A DNA stretch of 64,000 nt, taken from NCBI GenBank assembly GCA_964589605.1, contig CAZPRN010000003.1, positions 135,733 through 199,732 on the forward strand. Direction: 5' to 3'. The notes under the pieces are model-generated. The model saw only the letters and a list, made by a program, of their open reading frames with translations. It was not told the DNA's origin and searched no databases. Origin of the DNA: an uncultured Candidatus Bathyarchaeia archaeon (GTDB taxonomy: Archaea > Thermoproteota > Bathyarchaeia > TCS64). The translations under genes and the position numbers were made by a program. How positions within the stretch are numbered: position 1 is the first letter of the stretch; every line of letters starts with the position of its first letter. Below are positions 28,004-36,222 of this stretch, piece by piece.

Positions 28004-29662
28004 TTAGGCCTCGTAGACGGCTTTGCCGCCCAAGTAGGTGGTTAATACCTTGGTGTCCTTGATGTCATCCTCTGGGCATGTCATGATGTCCCTATCGATG
28101 ATTATCATATCGGCTAGTTTCCCAGGCTCGATGCTTCCCTTCAGGTCCTCCTCGAAGGTCAGGAAGCAGCCGTTGATTGTGTACATCCTTACTGCTTCCT
28201 CACGTGTAACCTTCTGCTCGGTTCCCATCTGGGTGTCGTTCATCTCGGTTCGTCTGGCGATGCTTGTCCAGAGGCTCACGAACGGTGGGAAGGGTGTCAC
28301 TGGGCTGTCTGTACCAGCGGCGCACAGGATTCCCTCGTCGATCCATGCCCTGTGGGGTTTGAGCCACTTGCTCCTCTCCGGTCCCACGTTGCCGTAGTAG
28401 CTGTCCCCAAGGTAGTACAGGAAGCTGGGCTGGCTGGCAACCATGATCTCCATGTCCCTACAGTCCTTGAAGTTCTGCTCGCTGGGCTGGTAGGCGTGGA
28501 TTAGATAGAACCTCCTGCCCTTGATTGACTTGAGCTCATTTGTCTTCTTGAACGCGTCAATTACTATGTCCATCGCTTTGCCGCCTGCGCAGTGGATTCC
28601 ACACAGCATGCCCCTGAGGTTGGCTGCGTCAACCAGCTGCTGAAGCTCATCAACTGGAACAGTTAAGACTCCAAAGTCCTCCGGATCATCCTCGTAGCAC
28701 TCCCTTAGCAGCGCTGTTCGTCCACCAATACCTCCATCGATCAATATTTTCAGTCCCTGCAGCTTAAGCAGGTCATCCCCGTATCCTGTTAGCATCGGGA
28801 ACTCGTTGATCCTCTTCACGCTATCCTCGATGGGCTCGCTTTTCTGGATCGCCGCAAGCATCATGTTGGTCCTGACGGTGAGATCACCCTTGTCCTTGAG
28901 CAACTGGTACGCGACCATGTGGTCTGAGCTGTTGCCCGCATCGATGACGCTTGTGATGCCAACCTTGTTGAACGCCTTGCAAGCGGTCTTGATCTGGCTC
29001 ATATAGTCCTCGATGCCCTCCGCCGGGATCTCGTTGCGGACCATGTTCATGGCTGGTCCCTCCTCCAGCATGCCAGTTGGCTCGCCGTTCTCGTCTCTGA
29101 CAATCACACCACCGACCGGTTGGGGTGTATCCTTTGAGATTCCACCGATCTCCAACGCCTTACTGTTAGCGACCAGTAGGTGACCGCATGTTCGTGTTAG
29201 TACGACTGGGTTATCCGGCGAGACCTCGTCGAAATCGTACCTTGACGGGTTTCTTCCATCGGAGAGTTTAGCTTGATCCCAGCCCCTGCCGAGAATCCAC
29301 TCGCCTGGCTTTGCGGTTTTGACTTTCTCGGCTACCGCTTTCTTCATGTCCTCGATGCTGTACATGGGTGGAGTCCTGCAGTTGATTATCTGGAGGGCTG
29401 AACCGGTTCCAACGACGTGGATGTGGCTGTCGTAGAGACCGGGCATCACTGTCTTGCCATCAAGGTCAACAACCTTGGTATCCGGACCGGTGAGTTTCTT
29501 TACCTCCTCGGTTGAGCCGACTAGCTGTATCCTTCCATCCTTGACGGATACTGCCTCGGCGTAGCTGAATTTCGCGTCTACTGTGATGATCTTGCCGTTA
29601 ATCAATGCAAGATCAGCCATACATGGCTTTGGTGCAGACATAATTATCCCGAAAGAATCCAC
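28004..29662 (-). CDS. Amidohydrolase-3 (YtcJ-like) metal-dependent hydrolase, paralog B
   Basis: Collinear with paralog A (MPGLYDSHIHV, IHCAGG, GTDSPV). Confidence 0.8.
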   Translation of the reverse strand: MDSFGIIMSAPKPCMADLALINGKIITVDAKFSYAEAVSVKDGRIQLVGSTEEVKKLTGPDTKVVDLDGKTVMPGLYDSHIHVVGTGSALQIINCRTPPMYSIEDMKKAVAEKVKTAKPGEWILGRGWDQAKLSDGRNPSRYDFDEVSPDNPVVLTRTCGHLLVANSKALEIGGISKDTPQPVGGVIVRDENGEPTGMLEEGPAMNMVRNEIPAEGIEDYMSQIKTACKAFNKVGITSVIDAGNSSDHMVAYQLLKDKGDLTVRTNMMLAAIQKSEPIEDSVKRINEFPMLTGYGDDLLKLQGLKILIDGGIGGRTALLRECYEDDPEDFGVLTVPVDELQQLVDAANLRGMLCGIHCAGGKAMDIVIDAFKKTNELKSIKGRRFYLIHAYQPSEQNFKDCRDMEIMVASQPSFLYYLGDSYYGNVGPERSKWLKPHRAWIDEGILCAAGTDSPVTPFPPFVSLWTSIARRTEMNDTQMGTEQKVTREEAVRMYTINGCFLTFEEDLKGSIEPGKLADMIIIDRDIMTCPEDDIKDTKVLTTYLGGKAVYEA

Positions 29663-29686
29663 TCCAAGGAATATAATATTATAGAA

Positions 29687-30151
29687 TCAGCCGAGGAGGA
29701 TGTTTATCTCGTACACGATGAGCTCTGGGACGAGGCTCCTTCCCTCTTTCACTAGGTCAACGAAGCCTAGGCTGGTTAGTATCTGTAGGTCACTGTGTAT
29801 GTTCTTCACGTCCCTGCCAATTCGTTCAGCCAACTCGTTGATGCTGGAGTACTGACCCATCGCAAGAAAGTTCAGTAGCTCCAATCGCTTCGGGGTTAGC
29901 TTCTCGTACTGCTTAGAGTCCAGTGACAACGCCTCCTCGGCAAGATACTCAAAGTCCTCGCCCTCCTGGTACGCCCTCAAAGCGTGGTCCATGTTTGTCC
30001 ACTCGATGTACTCGTCGAAGACCCCGGGTGGCATCCTGCCCTTGGTGAATTCCTCATGTAGAAGGCTGAGGCTGCCGTATTTCTCTCGTAGAATATTGAT
30101 GCGAGTCTGGACATCCCGTAGCGGGATGCTCTTTACAACCCTCCACTCCAT
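29687..30151 (-). CDS. Winged-helix DNA-binding protein
   Basis: C-terminal RLELLNFLAMGQYSSINELAERIGRDVKNIHSDLQILTSLGFVDL is a typical wHTH. Confidence 0.6.
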   Translation of the reverse strand: MEWRVVKSIPLRDVQTRINILREKYGSLSLLHEEFTKGRMPPGVFDEYIEWTNMDHALRAYQEGEDFEYLAEEALSLDSKQYEKLTPKRLELLNFLAMGQYSSINELAERIGRDVKNIHSDLQILTSLGFVDLVKEGRSLVPELIVYEINILLG

Positions 30152-30210
30152 ATTGGTGTAGACACCAATAAACCCTTATTAGTTTACCTCCTAAAAAACA
30201 TGGGAGAACG

Positions 30211-31659
30211 ATGCAATTTCCATTGGACAAGCTATCGGATAATGTCTGGGAAGTTCCCGTACAATATAACAAGTACATGCGGGTCCCAGCGAGAATTTAC
30301 GCGGACAGCCACCTGCTCGAAGCCATGAAACGCGACGAGACACTGACACAGGCGGTAAACATAGCACAGATGCCTGGACTGCTAAAGTACAGCATCACGT
30401 TACCTGACGGACATCAGGGCTACGGTTTCCCAATCGGAGGCGTTGGAGCCTTCAACATGGAGGAGGGAATCATCACACCGGGTGGAGTAGGCTACGACAT
30501 CAACTGTGGAGTCAGGCTCATGCGTACAGACCTCACATTCAAGGAAGTAGACGCCAAAAAGCAGGAGCTTATCAACGAGATATTCAAGCTAGTCCCATGT
30601 GGGGTTGGAGTCGGCAGCAAGCTAAGGCTGAGCACTAACGAGCTTGAGCGGGCGGTATCCGAGGGAATCCAGTGGGCCGTGGACAAGGGCTTCGGCTGGG
30701 ACAGGGACGCCAGTCACAGCGAAGAGGGCGGCTGTATGGAAGAGGCAAACCCAGACAAGGTAAGCCACAGGGCCCTCAAACGAGGATCATCCCAGCTGGG
30801 TACTCTTGGAGCGGGCAATCACTTCCTTGAGATCGCAAAAGTCGATGAAATATTCGACGAGAAAGCAGCAAAGATCTACGGGATAACCGACCCAAAACAA
30901 GTCGTCATATGGGTCCACACAGGGAGCAGAGGATTCGGCCACCAGGTCGCCACAGACTACATCCGGATAATGGAGGAGGCCACCCGCAAGTACAGGATCA
31001 GGTTACCCGCGAGGGAGCTGGCATGTGCACCCATCAAGAGCCGTGAGGCACAGGATTACTACGAGGCAATGAGCTGCGCCGTCAACTGGGCGTTCATCAA
31101 TAGACACATAATCATGCACCAGGTCAGGAAAGCGTTCGAGCACATCTTCAAGCGAAGCGCAGAGGATATGGGCATGGAGCTCGTGTACGGTATGACCCAC
31201 AACACGGCGAAGAAGGAGGAGCACATGGTTGATGGCAAGCGAGTCGAGGCGGTTGTCCACAGGAAGGGAGCCGCCAGGGCTTTCGGCCCAGGTAGGGCTG
31301 ACCTGCCACAGGATTACCGTGCAATCGGTCAGCCGGTGCTACTCGTCGGAACTATGGGTACAGCAAGCTACCTGCTGAAGGGAACCGAGAGGGGTGAGGA
31401 AGCAAGCTTCGCGAGCACGGCACATGGTGCTGGAAGGGTTATGAGCAGGGCTGGTGCGCGTCGCCAGTTCGATGCACGCCACATCATTAGCGACCTGAAG
31501 AAGAAGGGCATCGTTGTGAAGGCTGCGAGCGGCAGGATCGTCGAGGAGGAGAGCCCGGACAGTTACAAGGATGTGCACAGGGTTGCCCGGGTTAGCCACG
31601 AGGTTGGTCTCGCCGAGAGGGTGATGATGAGCTCACCAATCGCGGTTGCCAAAGGCTAA
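30211..31659 (+). CDS. rtcB: RNA-splicing ligase RtcB
   Basis: GYDINCGVRL, GAGNHFLE, HTGSRGFGHQ and TAHGAGR motifs. Confidence 0.95.
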   Translation: MQFPLDKLSDNVWEVPVQYNKYMRVPARIYADSHLLEAMKRDETLTQAVNIAQMPGLLKYSITLPDGHQGYGFPIGGVGAFNMEEGIITPGGVGYDINCGVRLMRTDLTFKEVDAKKQELINEIFKLVPCGVGVGSKLRLSTNELERAVSEGIQWAVDKGFGWDRDASHSEEGGCMEEANPDKVSHRALKRGSSQLGTLGAGNHFLEIAKVDEIFDEKAAKIYGITDPKQVVIWVHTGSRGFGHQVATDYIRIMEEATRKYRIRLPARELACAPIKSREAQDYYEAMSCAVNWAFINRHIIMHQVRKAFEHIFKRSAEDMGMELVYGMTHNTAKKEEHMVDGKRVEAVVHRKGAARAFGPGRADLPQDYRAIGQPVLLVGTMGTASYLLKGTERGEEASFASTAHGAGRVMSRAGARRQFDARHIISDLKKKGIVVKAASGRIVEEESPDSYKDVHRVARVSHEVGLAERVMMSSPIAVAKG

Positions 31660-31863
31660 CCCTACCCATTTTTCCTGTTAATTTTGTACAGACATCACAA
31701 TTTTGTACCATACCTGCTATTGGTTACAAAAAACGGATTTTCATTCACATTTGTGCACGGATTTTACGTTTTATTACCCAGAAAGGACGATAACTCGCCG
31801 ATTCTTGAATAATTTATACTGGGTTACTCATAAACTGTTAAATACTACTTTTTTATCCCTACT

Positions 31864-32571
31864 TTGACCGCTTTGACTGAAAGAATAAAGCCCCATTTAT
31901 GGTTCACACTGTACACGCTGATGAAGCTAGGAGCCTCCAAGACACCTATCAGGATCAGCACCACCCAGCTCAGCCAGGAGATCGGCGGCAGCCAGCAGAG
32001 CGCGAGCAGGCACTTGCAGGTACTTGAGAAGGAGGGCCTGCTTGAGAGGACAATTAGCTCAGGCGGGAGCAGGGTACGAGTCACCAGTGAGGGCATCGTT
32101 GAACTTGACCATATCCTGCAGGAGCTCAAGTGGCACCTGGAGGGAAAGGAAGCAGAGACAATCGTGTTCGAGGGAGAGGTGGTCAGTGGTCTCTTCGAGG
32201 GAGCCTACTATATCAGTAAGGAGGGCTACCAGAGGCAGATCAAGGAGAAGCTGGGTTTCGAGGCTTTCCCGGGGACTCTCAACGTCAAGATCAAAGAGGA
32301 GGATTATGATAAACGTCAGCGGCTTGAACGTGGTACATCCATCAGGCTCAAGGGCTTCAAGGACGGGGAGAGGGCTTTTGGTGCAGCGCGTTGTTACCCG
32401 TGTATTATCAACGATGAGGAGGAAGGCGCGTTGATCGTGGCGGAGAGAAGCATCCACGATTACGGGGTAATGGAGATAATAAGCCCTCAATACTTGAGGC
32501 GTAAAATGGAGCTAGCCGACGGGGATAAGATCAAGATAGCGTTCTTGCCTCTTCGACGATCCGACGCTTGA
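31864..32571 (+). CDS. ribK: Archaeal CTP-dependent riboflavin kinase fused to an N-terminal wHTH (RbkR-type); the TTG start is uncertain
   Basis: N-terminal ISTTQLSQEIGGSQQSASRHLQVLEKEGLLER wHTH. C-terminal GEVVSGLFEGAYY..GFEAFPGTLNV is the riboflavin kinase barrel. Confidence 0.85.
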   Translation: MTALTERIKPHLWFTLYTLMKLGASKTPIRISTTQLSQEIGGSQQSASRHLQVLEKEGLLERTISSGGSRVRVTSEGIVELDHILQELKWHLEGKEAETIVFEGEVVSGLFEGAYYISKEGYQRQIKEKLGFEAFPGTLNVKIKEEDYDKRQRLERGTSIRLKGFKDGERAFGAARCYPCIINDEEEGALIVAERSIHDYGVMEIISPQYLRRKMELADGDKIKIAFLPLRRSDA

Positions 32572-32986
32572 TCTTGCTGCTGCTGTTTAGGTCGTCCACC
32601 CCGAACTGGGTTATCTGGTGTATCTGGATGTCTGCGCCTAAAACTTGGTTGACTTTTTCCACCTGAGCCTTGATGCTCTGCTGGTCGTGACCCATGGCAA
32701 CAATATCAGGCTTGATTTGCTCTATTACACGGATGAGGTCCATCTCCTCGTAGCCGAGAAGTGCCTCGTCAACCACCTTTAACGCCTCGATTACAGCTCT
32801 ACGTTGATCCTCGGGTATGGTGGGGTCGTGTCCTTTGAGCCTGCGAACGGTCTCGTCTCGTGCGACGATGACCACGAGCTTTGCAACGTCGCCTCCAGCG
32901 CTCTTGGCTTCCTCCAGGTACCTGATGTGCCCGTAGTGGAGTAGGTCGAACACGCCGGCGGCTAGGACAGTCTTCATCGTTACCAC
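32531..32986 (-). CDS. ribL: FAD synthase (FMN adenylyltransferase), cytidylyltransferase fold
   Basis: AAGVFDLLHYGHIRYLEEAK (HxGH) with size and layout of archaeal RibL. Convergent 41-nt overlap with ribK. Confidence 0.8.
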   Translation of the reverse strand: MVTMKTVLAAGVFDLLHYGHIRYLEEAKSAGGDVAKLVVIVARDETVRRLKGHDPTIPEDQRRAVIEALKVVDEALLGYEEMDLIRVIEQIKPDIVAMGHDQQSIKAQVEKVNQVLGADIQIHQITQFGVDDLNSSSKIKRRIVEEARTLS

Positions 32987-34008
32987 TCGAAATCGACTAA
33001 GCCTAAAAGCTTTAGGGCGTCGAGTATGCCCTCCGCGTAGGCTACGCTTGTTAGGGCGACTGGTTTCTGCTCGCCCCAGTAGTACTCCGCATCGTCAAGG
33101 TATCGTTCTGTGTGCTCAAGCATCTCCTGGACCATCTGGTCGGTGACCTCGACGGGGTACTCTTTCTTCTTGAGCTCATCCAGCACCTTCCTGCAGCCTT
33201 TGGTGTACTTCTCGATGAGCCTGTCCACCTCTCCTTGAACCTTGTGATTGGATAATACATCTCGTGAACAGTCTGCTAGCTCGACCAGTGCGTCCTCCTC
33301 AAGGAAATGGAGCTTCCCCGGCGCTATCAACGCGTGTGGTGAGTCACCGAAATCGTAGAGGGACATTTCCTCGGCTGAGCCAGCCTTGATTGTGGGAAAC
33401 ATGCTTCCAAGGCGTGCTACTCCAACGAGAAGGGATTCGGGAGAGAACTTGCCGGTCTCTATGAGCCGGTTGATGGCTTCGCCGATGCTGAGATACTTGT
33501 CCTCGGCCATGTTGAGGTCTAGGAGCATCAGTGTGTGGAACCCGTACTCGTGGTTCTCCTTGAGTGTGCGGAGTACGGTGTCAACTGGTCCTTTCTCTGG
33601 GTATGGTATGGTGACGGTTTTACCGAACTTGTAGATGCTGAGCCCTGTGTCTGTGATCGAGGTGAAGATGCTGCTGCCGTGCACGACATCGGTCTCGATG
33701 CCCTCCTGACGTGCGTCTAGGAGTAGGCTGATGTGGGTTGTTGCGCTTAACGCGTCGCCACCGACGAGTACCACCACCTTGTGGTGTTTCGCCTCCTTGA
33801 TGAGCTCGTCTCCATGCTCCTCCATGCCACCCCTTGGTAGTGGAATCACCTTTCTTCCGACTAACTCGCTTAGCTCCTCGATGGTGGTGTCCATCTTCAT
33901 GGTGTACATCTCTGCGTATACCGACTGGGCTTCCCTTGCCTTTTCGAGCCCCTTGAGGCTCATGTCCATGTGGCTATTGATTCCAAGGCTAACAAGTGTG
34001 AGCATCAT
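32980..34008 (-). CDS. dph5: Diphthine synthase with an extra C-terminal domain of about 85 aa
   Basis: MLTLVSLGI..LKGLEKAREA..VYAEMYT..VVVLVGGDALSATTH..is a tetrapyrrole-methylase-fold Dph5. The total of 342 aa is about 80 aa longer than usual. Confidence 0.85.
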   Translation of the reverse strand: MMLTLVSLGINSHMDMSLKGLEKAREAQSVYAEMYTMKMDTTIEELSELVGRKVIPLPRGGMEEHGDELIKEAKHHKVVVLVGGDALSATTHISLLLDARQEGIETDVVHGSSIFTSITDTGLSIYKFGKTVTIPYPEKGPVDTVLRTLKENHEYGFHTLMLLDLNMAEDKYLSIGEAINRLIETGKFSPESLLVGVARLGSMFPTIKAGSAEEMSLYDFGDSPHALIAPGKLHFLEEDALVELADCSRDVLSNHKVQGEVDRLIEKYTKGCRKVLDELKKKEYPVEVTDQMVQEMLEHTERYLDDAEYYWGEQKPVALTSVAYAEGILDALKLLGLVDFEW

Positions 34009-34313
34009 CGTTCCCTCGTAGGATAGCGGGTGATATTACCGCATGATTGGCAAGTGACTGCTATGTGTGTCTCCCTTCGCTGCTTGAGCCGGGTGTGGCT
34101 ATTGAAGCCCTGGACTAGCACGATGTCGCATTTCCGGCAGATACCTCTCCTGATCTCAGCTGGTAGGTGGGTTCTGGTCCGTTGGGCGATGCGGCGCAGT
34201 AGCTGGATGTACCGTTTTGCCCTCTCTGGGTCTACTTGCACGGTCTCTTGAGCTACCCTGTAGAGGGTTTCTATCCTCTGCAACGCGATTTTCCGGGTAT
34301 TGTGCCTCGACAT
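34005..34313 (-). CDS. rnp4: RNase P protein component 4 (Rpp21/Rnp4)
   Basis: IALQRIETLYRVA, then ICRKCDIVL..VTCQSCGNITRYP zinc ribbon. The MSRHN start was chosen. Confidence 0.8.
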   Translation of the reverse strand: MSRHNTRKIALQRIETLYRVAQETVQVDPERAKRYIQLLRRIAQRTRTHLPAEIRRGICRKCDIVLVQGFNSHTRLKQRRETHIAVTCQSCGNITRYPTRER

Positions 34314-34384
34314 GCGGTCCCTGCCTTTGGTTTGATGGATAGTGGAATGTTTATAAGAGTATAGCAAGTAATTGTGAAAGGCGT

Positions 34385-34462
34385 AGCGGGGTAGGGCAGC
34401 CAGGTTAGCCCGTGGGGCTCATAACCCCAAGGTCGGTAGTTCAAATCTACCCCCCGCTACCA
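34385..34462 (+). tRNA. tRNA-Met (CAU), initiator type, with encoded CCA
   Basis: AGCGGGG acceptor stem (A1:U72), GGG/CCC at the base of the anticodon stem, CTCATAA loop and GGTAG-TTCAAAT-CTACC T-arm. Confidence 0.9.
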
Positions 34463-34463
34463 T
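34447..34463 (+). repeat. attL-like direct repeat (tRNA 3' end)
   Basis: CTACCCCCCGCTACCAT, identical to 49250-49266. Confidence 0.85.
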
Positions 34464-34540
34464 CTTAAACACTTGAATTAAGCCGTTTTTAGGCTTGTTT
34501 TCGCTATTAATTCGATATTATTCCGCTATAGAAAGAGCGT

Positions 34541-36193
34541 TTGGAAGAGGTTTTAATTCTACGTTTGAACTCGCAAGCTTCTTTAGAAGCTGTTGTTTTT
34601 GATTATTTAATGGCTCCATGGCATCCAACTCAGAATAAGATATTAGCGGTACTTGGCGATGGTATCCCCAAAACCTCTAGCGAAATTGGACAATTAGCTG
34701 GACTTAGTAGACCATCTGTTTGGAATGCTTTGAAGAGATGTTGGGAAAACGGCTCAGTTTTGCGCTCTGAAAAGCCGTTTTTTGAGAGTGCGAAGAAGTT
34801 TAGGGGAAGGAAAGGTTATCGGAAGAACACCAGGGGTTATTACAAGTATGTACGCAACTTGAAAATGGTAAATAGTATTACACTCGATGGTGCGAGATAT
34901 GTTGCCTACTCTGAAAATCATGTTGATCCTAGGAGTGCTAGAGAGGAGAGCAAAGCCCAACAGATCTTGAAATTCTTAAAAGAGCATCCGGACCAGGCAT
35001 ATTTCTCGAAAGACATTCATGAGTCTTTGAAGGAAAATGGAGTCAAAATGACTGACATTATGCCCACTATTCGCAGATATGACAGTTTAATCTATGTCCG
35101 GGGTTATCGTTCTGAGGACAGGCAAACTCCATTCAGAGAAGGCTATCTACTAACTTGGCTTAATCAAGACTTGCCAAGAGAGAACGCAATACAGGAAGCG
35201 ATAGAGAGAACGGAAAAAGAATTACTGAATAGAAGCACGACCAATCCGGTTATTGAAAGAGTGCATGCGATTAGGGACAGGGTAATTGAGTCGTCAAAGC
35301 TCAGGGAGCTTATCGGTATTTCTTTCTTACAAGGTGAATTGGGACTCACGAAATATGAAATCGAGAACGCGGTTGATAGGGCGATTCAACTCTATCCTGA
35401 TATCAGACAGACGAAGTTGTTTGGCGCTTACAGGTATTTCTACCATAATTCATTGAGCGAAGAGGATTATAATGCAGCTATTGTTATGAAGGAGAATTAC
35501 ATTCGCAAAGTCAAAGGTAGAGCAAATCGTATTGGGCATAATTGGGAGGCTGTTCCTGAGTGGTTTATTGACACTTTTACTACTGGTGCCAGGTTCTGGA
35601 CTCAGGAACATAGAGGAAACAGGATGGACCCAAGAAGGATTACGATTCATCTGATTAAACCAGTTGGAAATCGTAGACGAAATGCTGAGGTTGACAGGGT
35701 TTGGGAAGTAACGCCTGGTGTTTTTGCTCAGCCTATTACATATGTGCTTGAATGTAAATGGGGTTTGGTTAGAAAACGTGATGTAGACGATTTCTTTGAA
35801 GTTTTACGGTGGAGTAAGGATTTTGGAGTAGATACACCCAAGGGAAGACAAGTTAGACAGGGAATAATTGGTGTATTTGCTGGCCAGTCTTTTGATACAA
35901 GGGAAAATGTTAGGCTTGAGGATGGTAGTTCAATAAATTTGCCATCTTATGCTCAGAGAATGAACATCCAATTACTCAAAGCAGTGGACTTTAACCAGAG
36001 ACTACGAGATAAAGGCGTACCTCAATATGTTACAGTTCAGAAAATATGTCGGGCCTCAAAAGACGAAGCAGATGTTAGAGATGCACTGGAGAAGATTTGG
36101 GAGAAGCCAGAAGAAGGTCGAGAGATTCTAGCAGATACAATCAGTCGAAATCAAGAAGTATATGAATTTGAACAGATGTTGGAAACGAAATAG
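34541..36193 (+). CDS. Multi-wHTH protein with C-terminal PD-(D/E)xK (restriction-endonuclease-like) domain
   Basis: wHTH-like KTSSEIGQLAGLSRPSVWNALKR and ILKFLKEHPDQAYFSKDIHESL. The C-terminus has EVDRVWEV...YVLECKWG (D..ExK). Confidence 0.65.
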   Translation: MEEVLILRLNSQASLEAVVFDYLMAPWHPTQNKILAVLGDGIPKTSSEIGQLAGLSRPSVWNALKRCWENGSVLRSEKPFFESAKKFRGRKGYRKNTRGYYKYVRNLKMVNSITLDGARYVAYSENHVDPRSAREESKAQQILKFLKEHPDQAYFSKDIHESLKENGVKMTDIMPTIRRYDSLIYVRGYRSEDRQTPFREGYLLTWLNQDLPRENAIQEAIERTEKELLNRSTTNPVIERVHAIRDRVIESSKLRELIGISFLQGELGLTKYEIENAVDRAIQLYPDIRQTKLFGAYRYFYHNSLSEEDYNAAIVMKENYIRKVKGRANRIGHNWEAVPEWFIDTFTTGARFWTQEHRGNRMDPRRITIHLIKPVGNRRRNAEVDRVWEVTPGVFAQPITYVLECKWGLVRKRDVDDFFEVLRWSKDFGVDTPKGRQVRQGIIGVFAGQSFDTRENVRLEDGSSINLPSYAQRMNIQLLKAVDFNQRLRDKGVPQYVTVQKICRASKDEADVRDALEKIWEKPEEGREILADTISRNQEVYEFEQMLETK

Positions 36194-36222
36194 TGAATCA
36201 ATTTGAGAAAAATGAAATGTGT

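Noticed and set aside
32024-32490. Alternative-frame ORFs (136 aa on the plus strand, 143 aa on the minus strand) inside ribK
   Set aside because: They are Arg/Ser-rich or Leu/Asp-rich compositional artefacts overlapping a gene with clear riboflavin kinase motifs.
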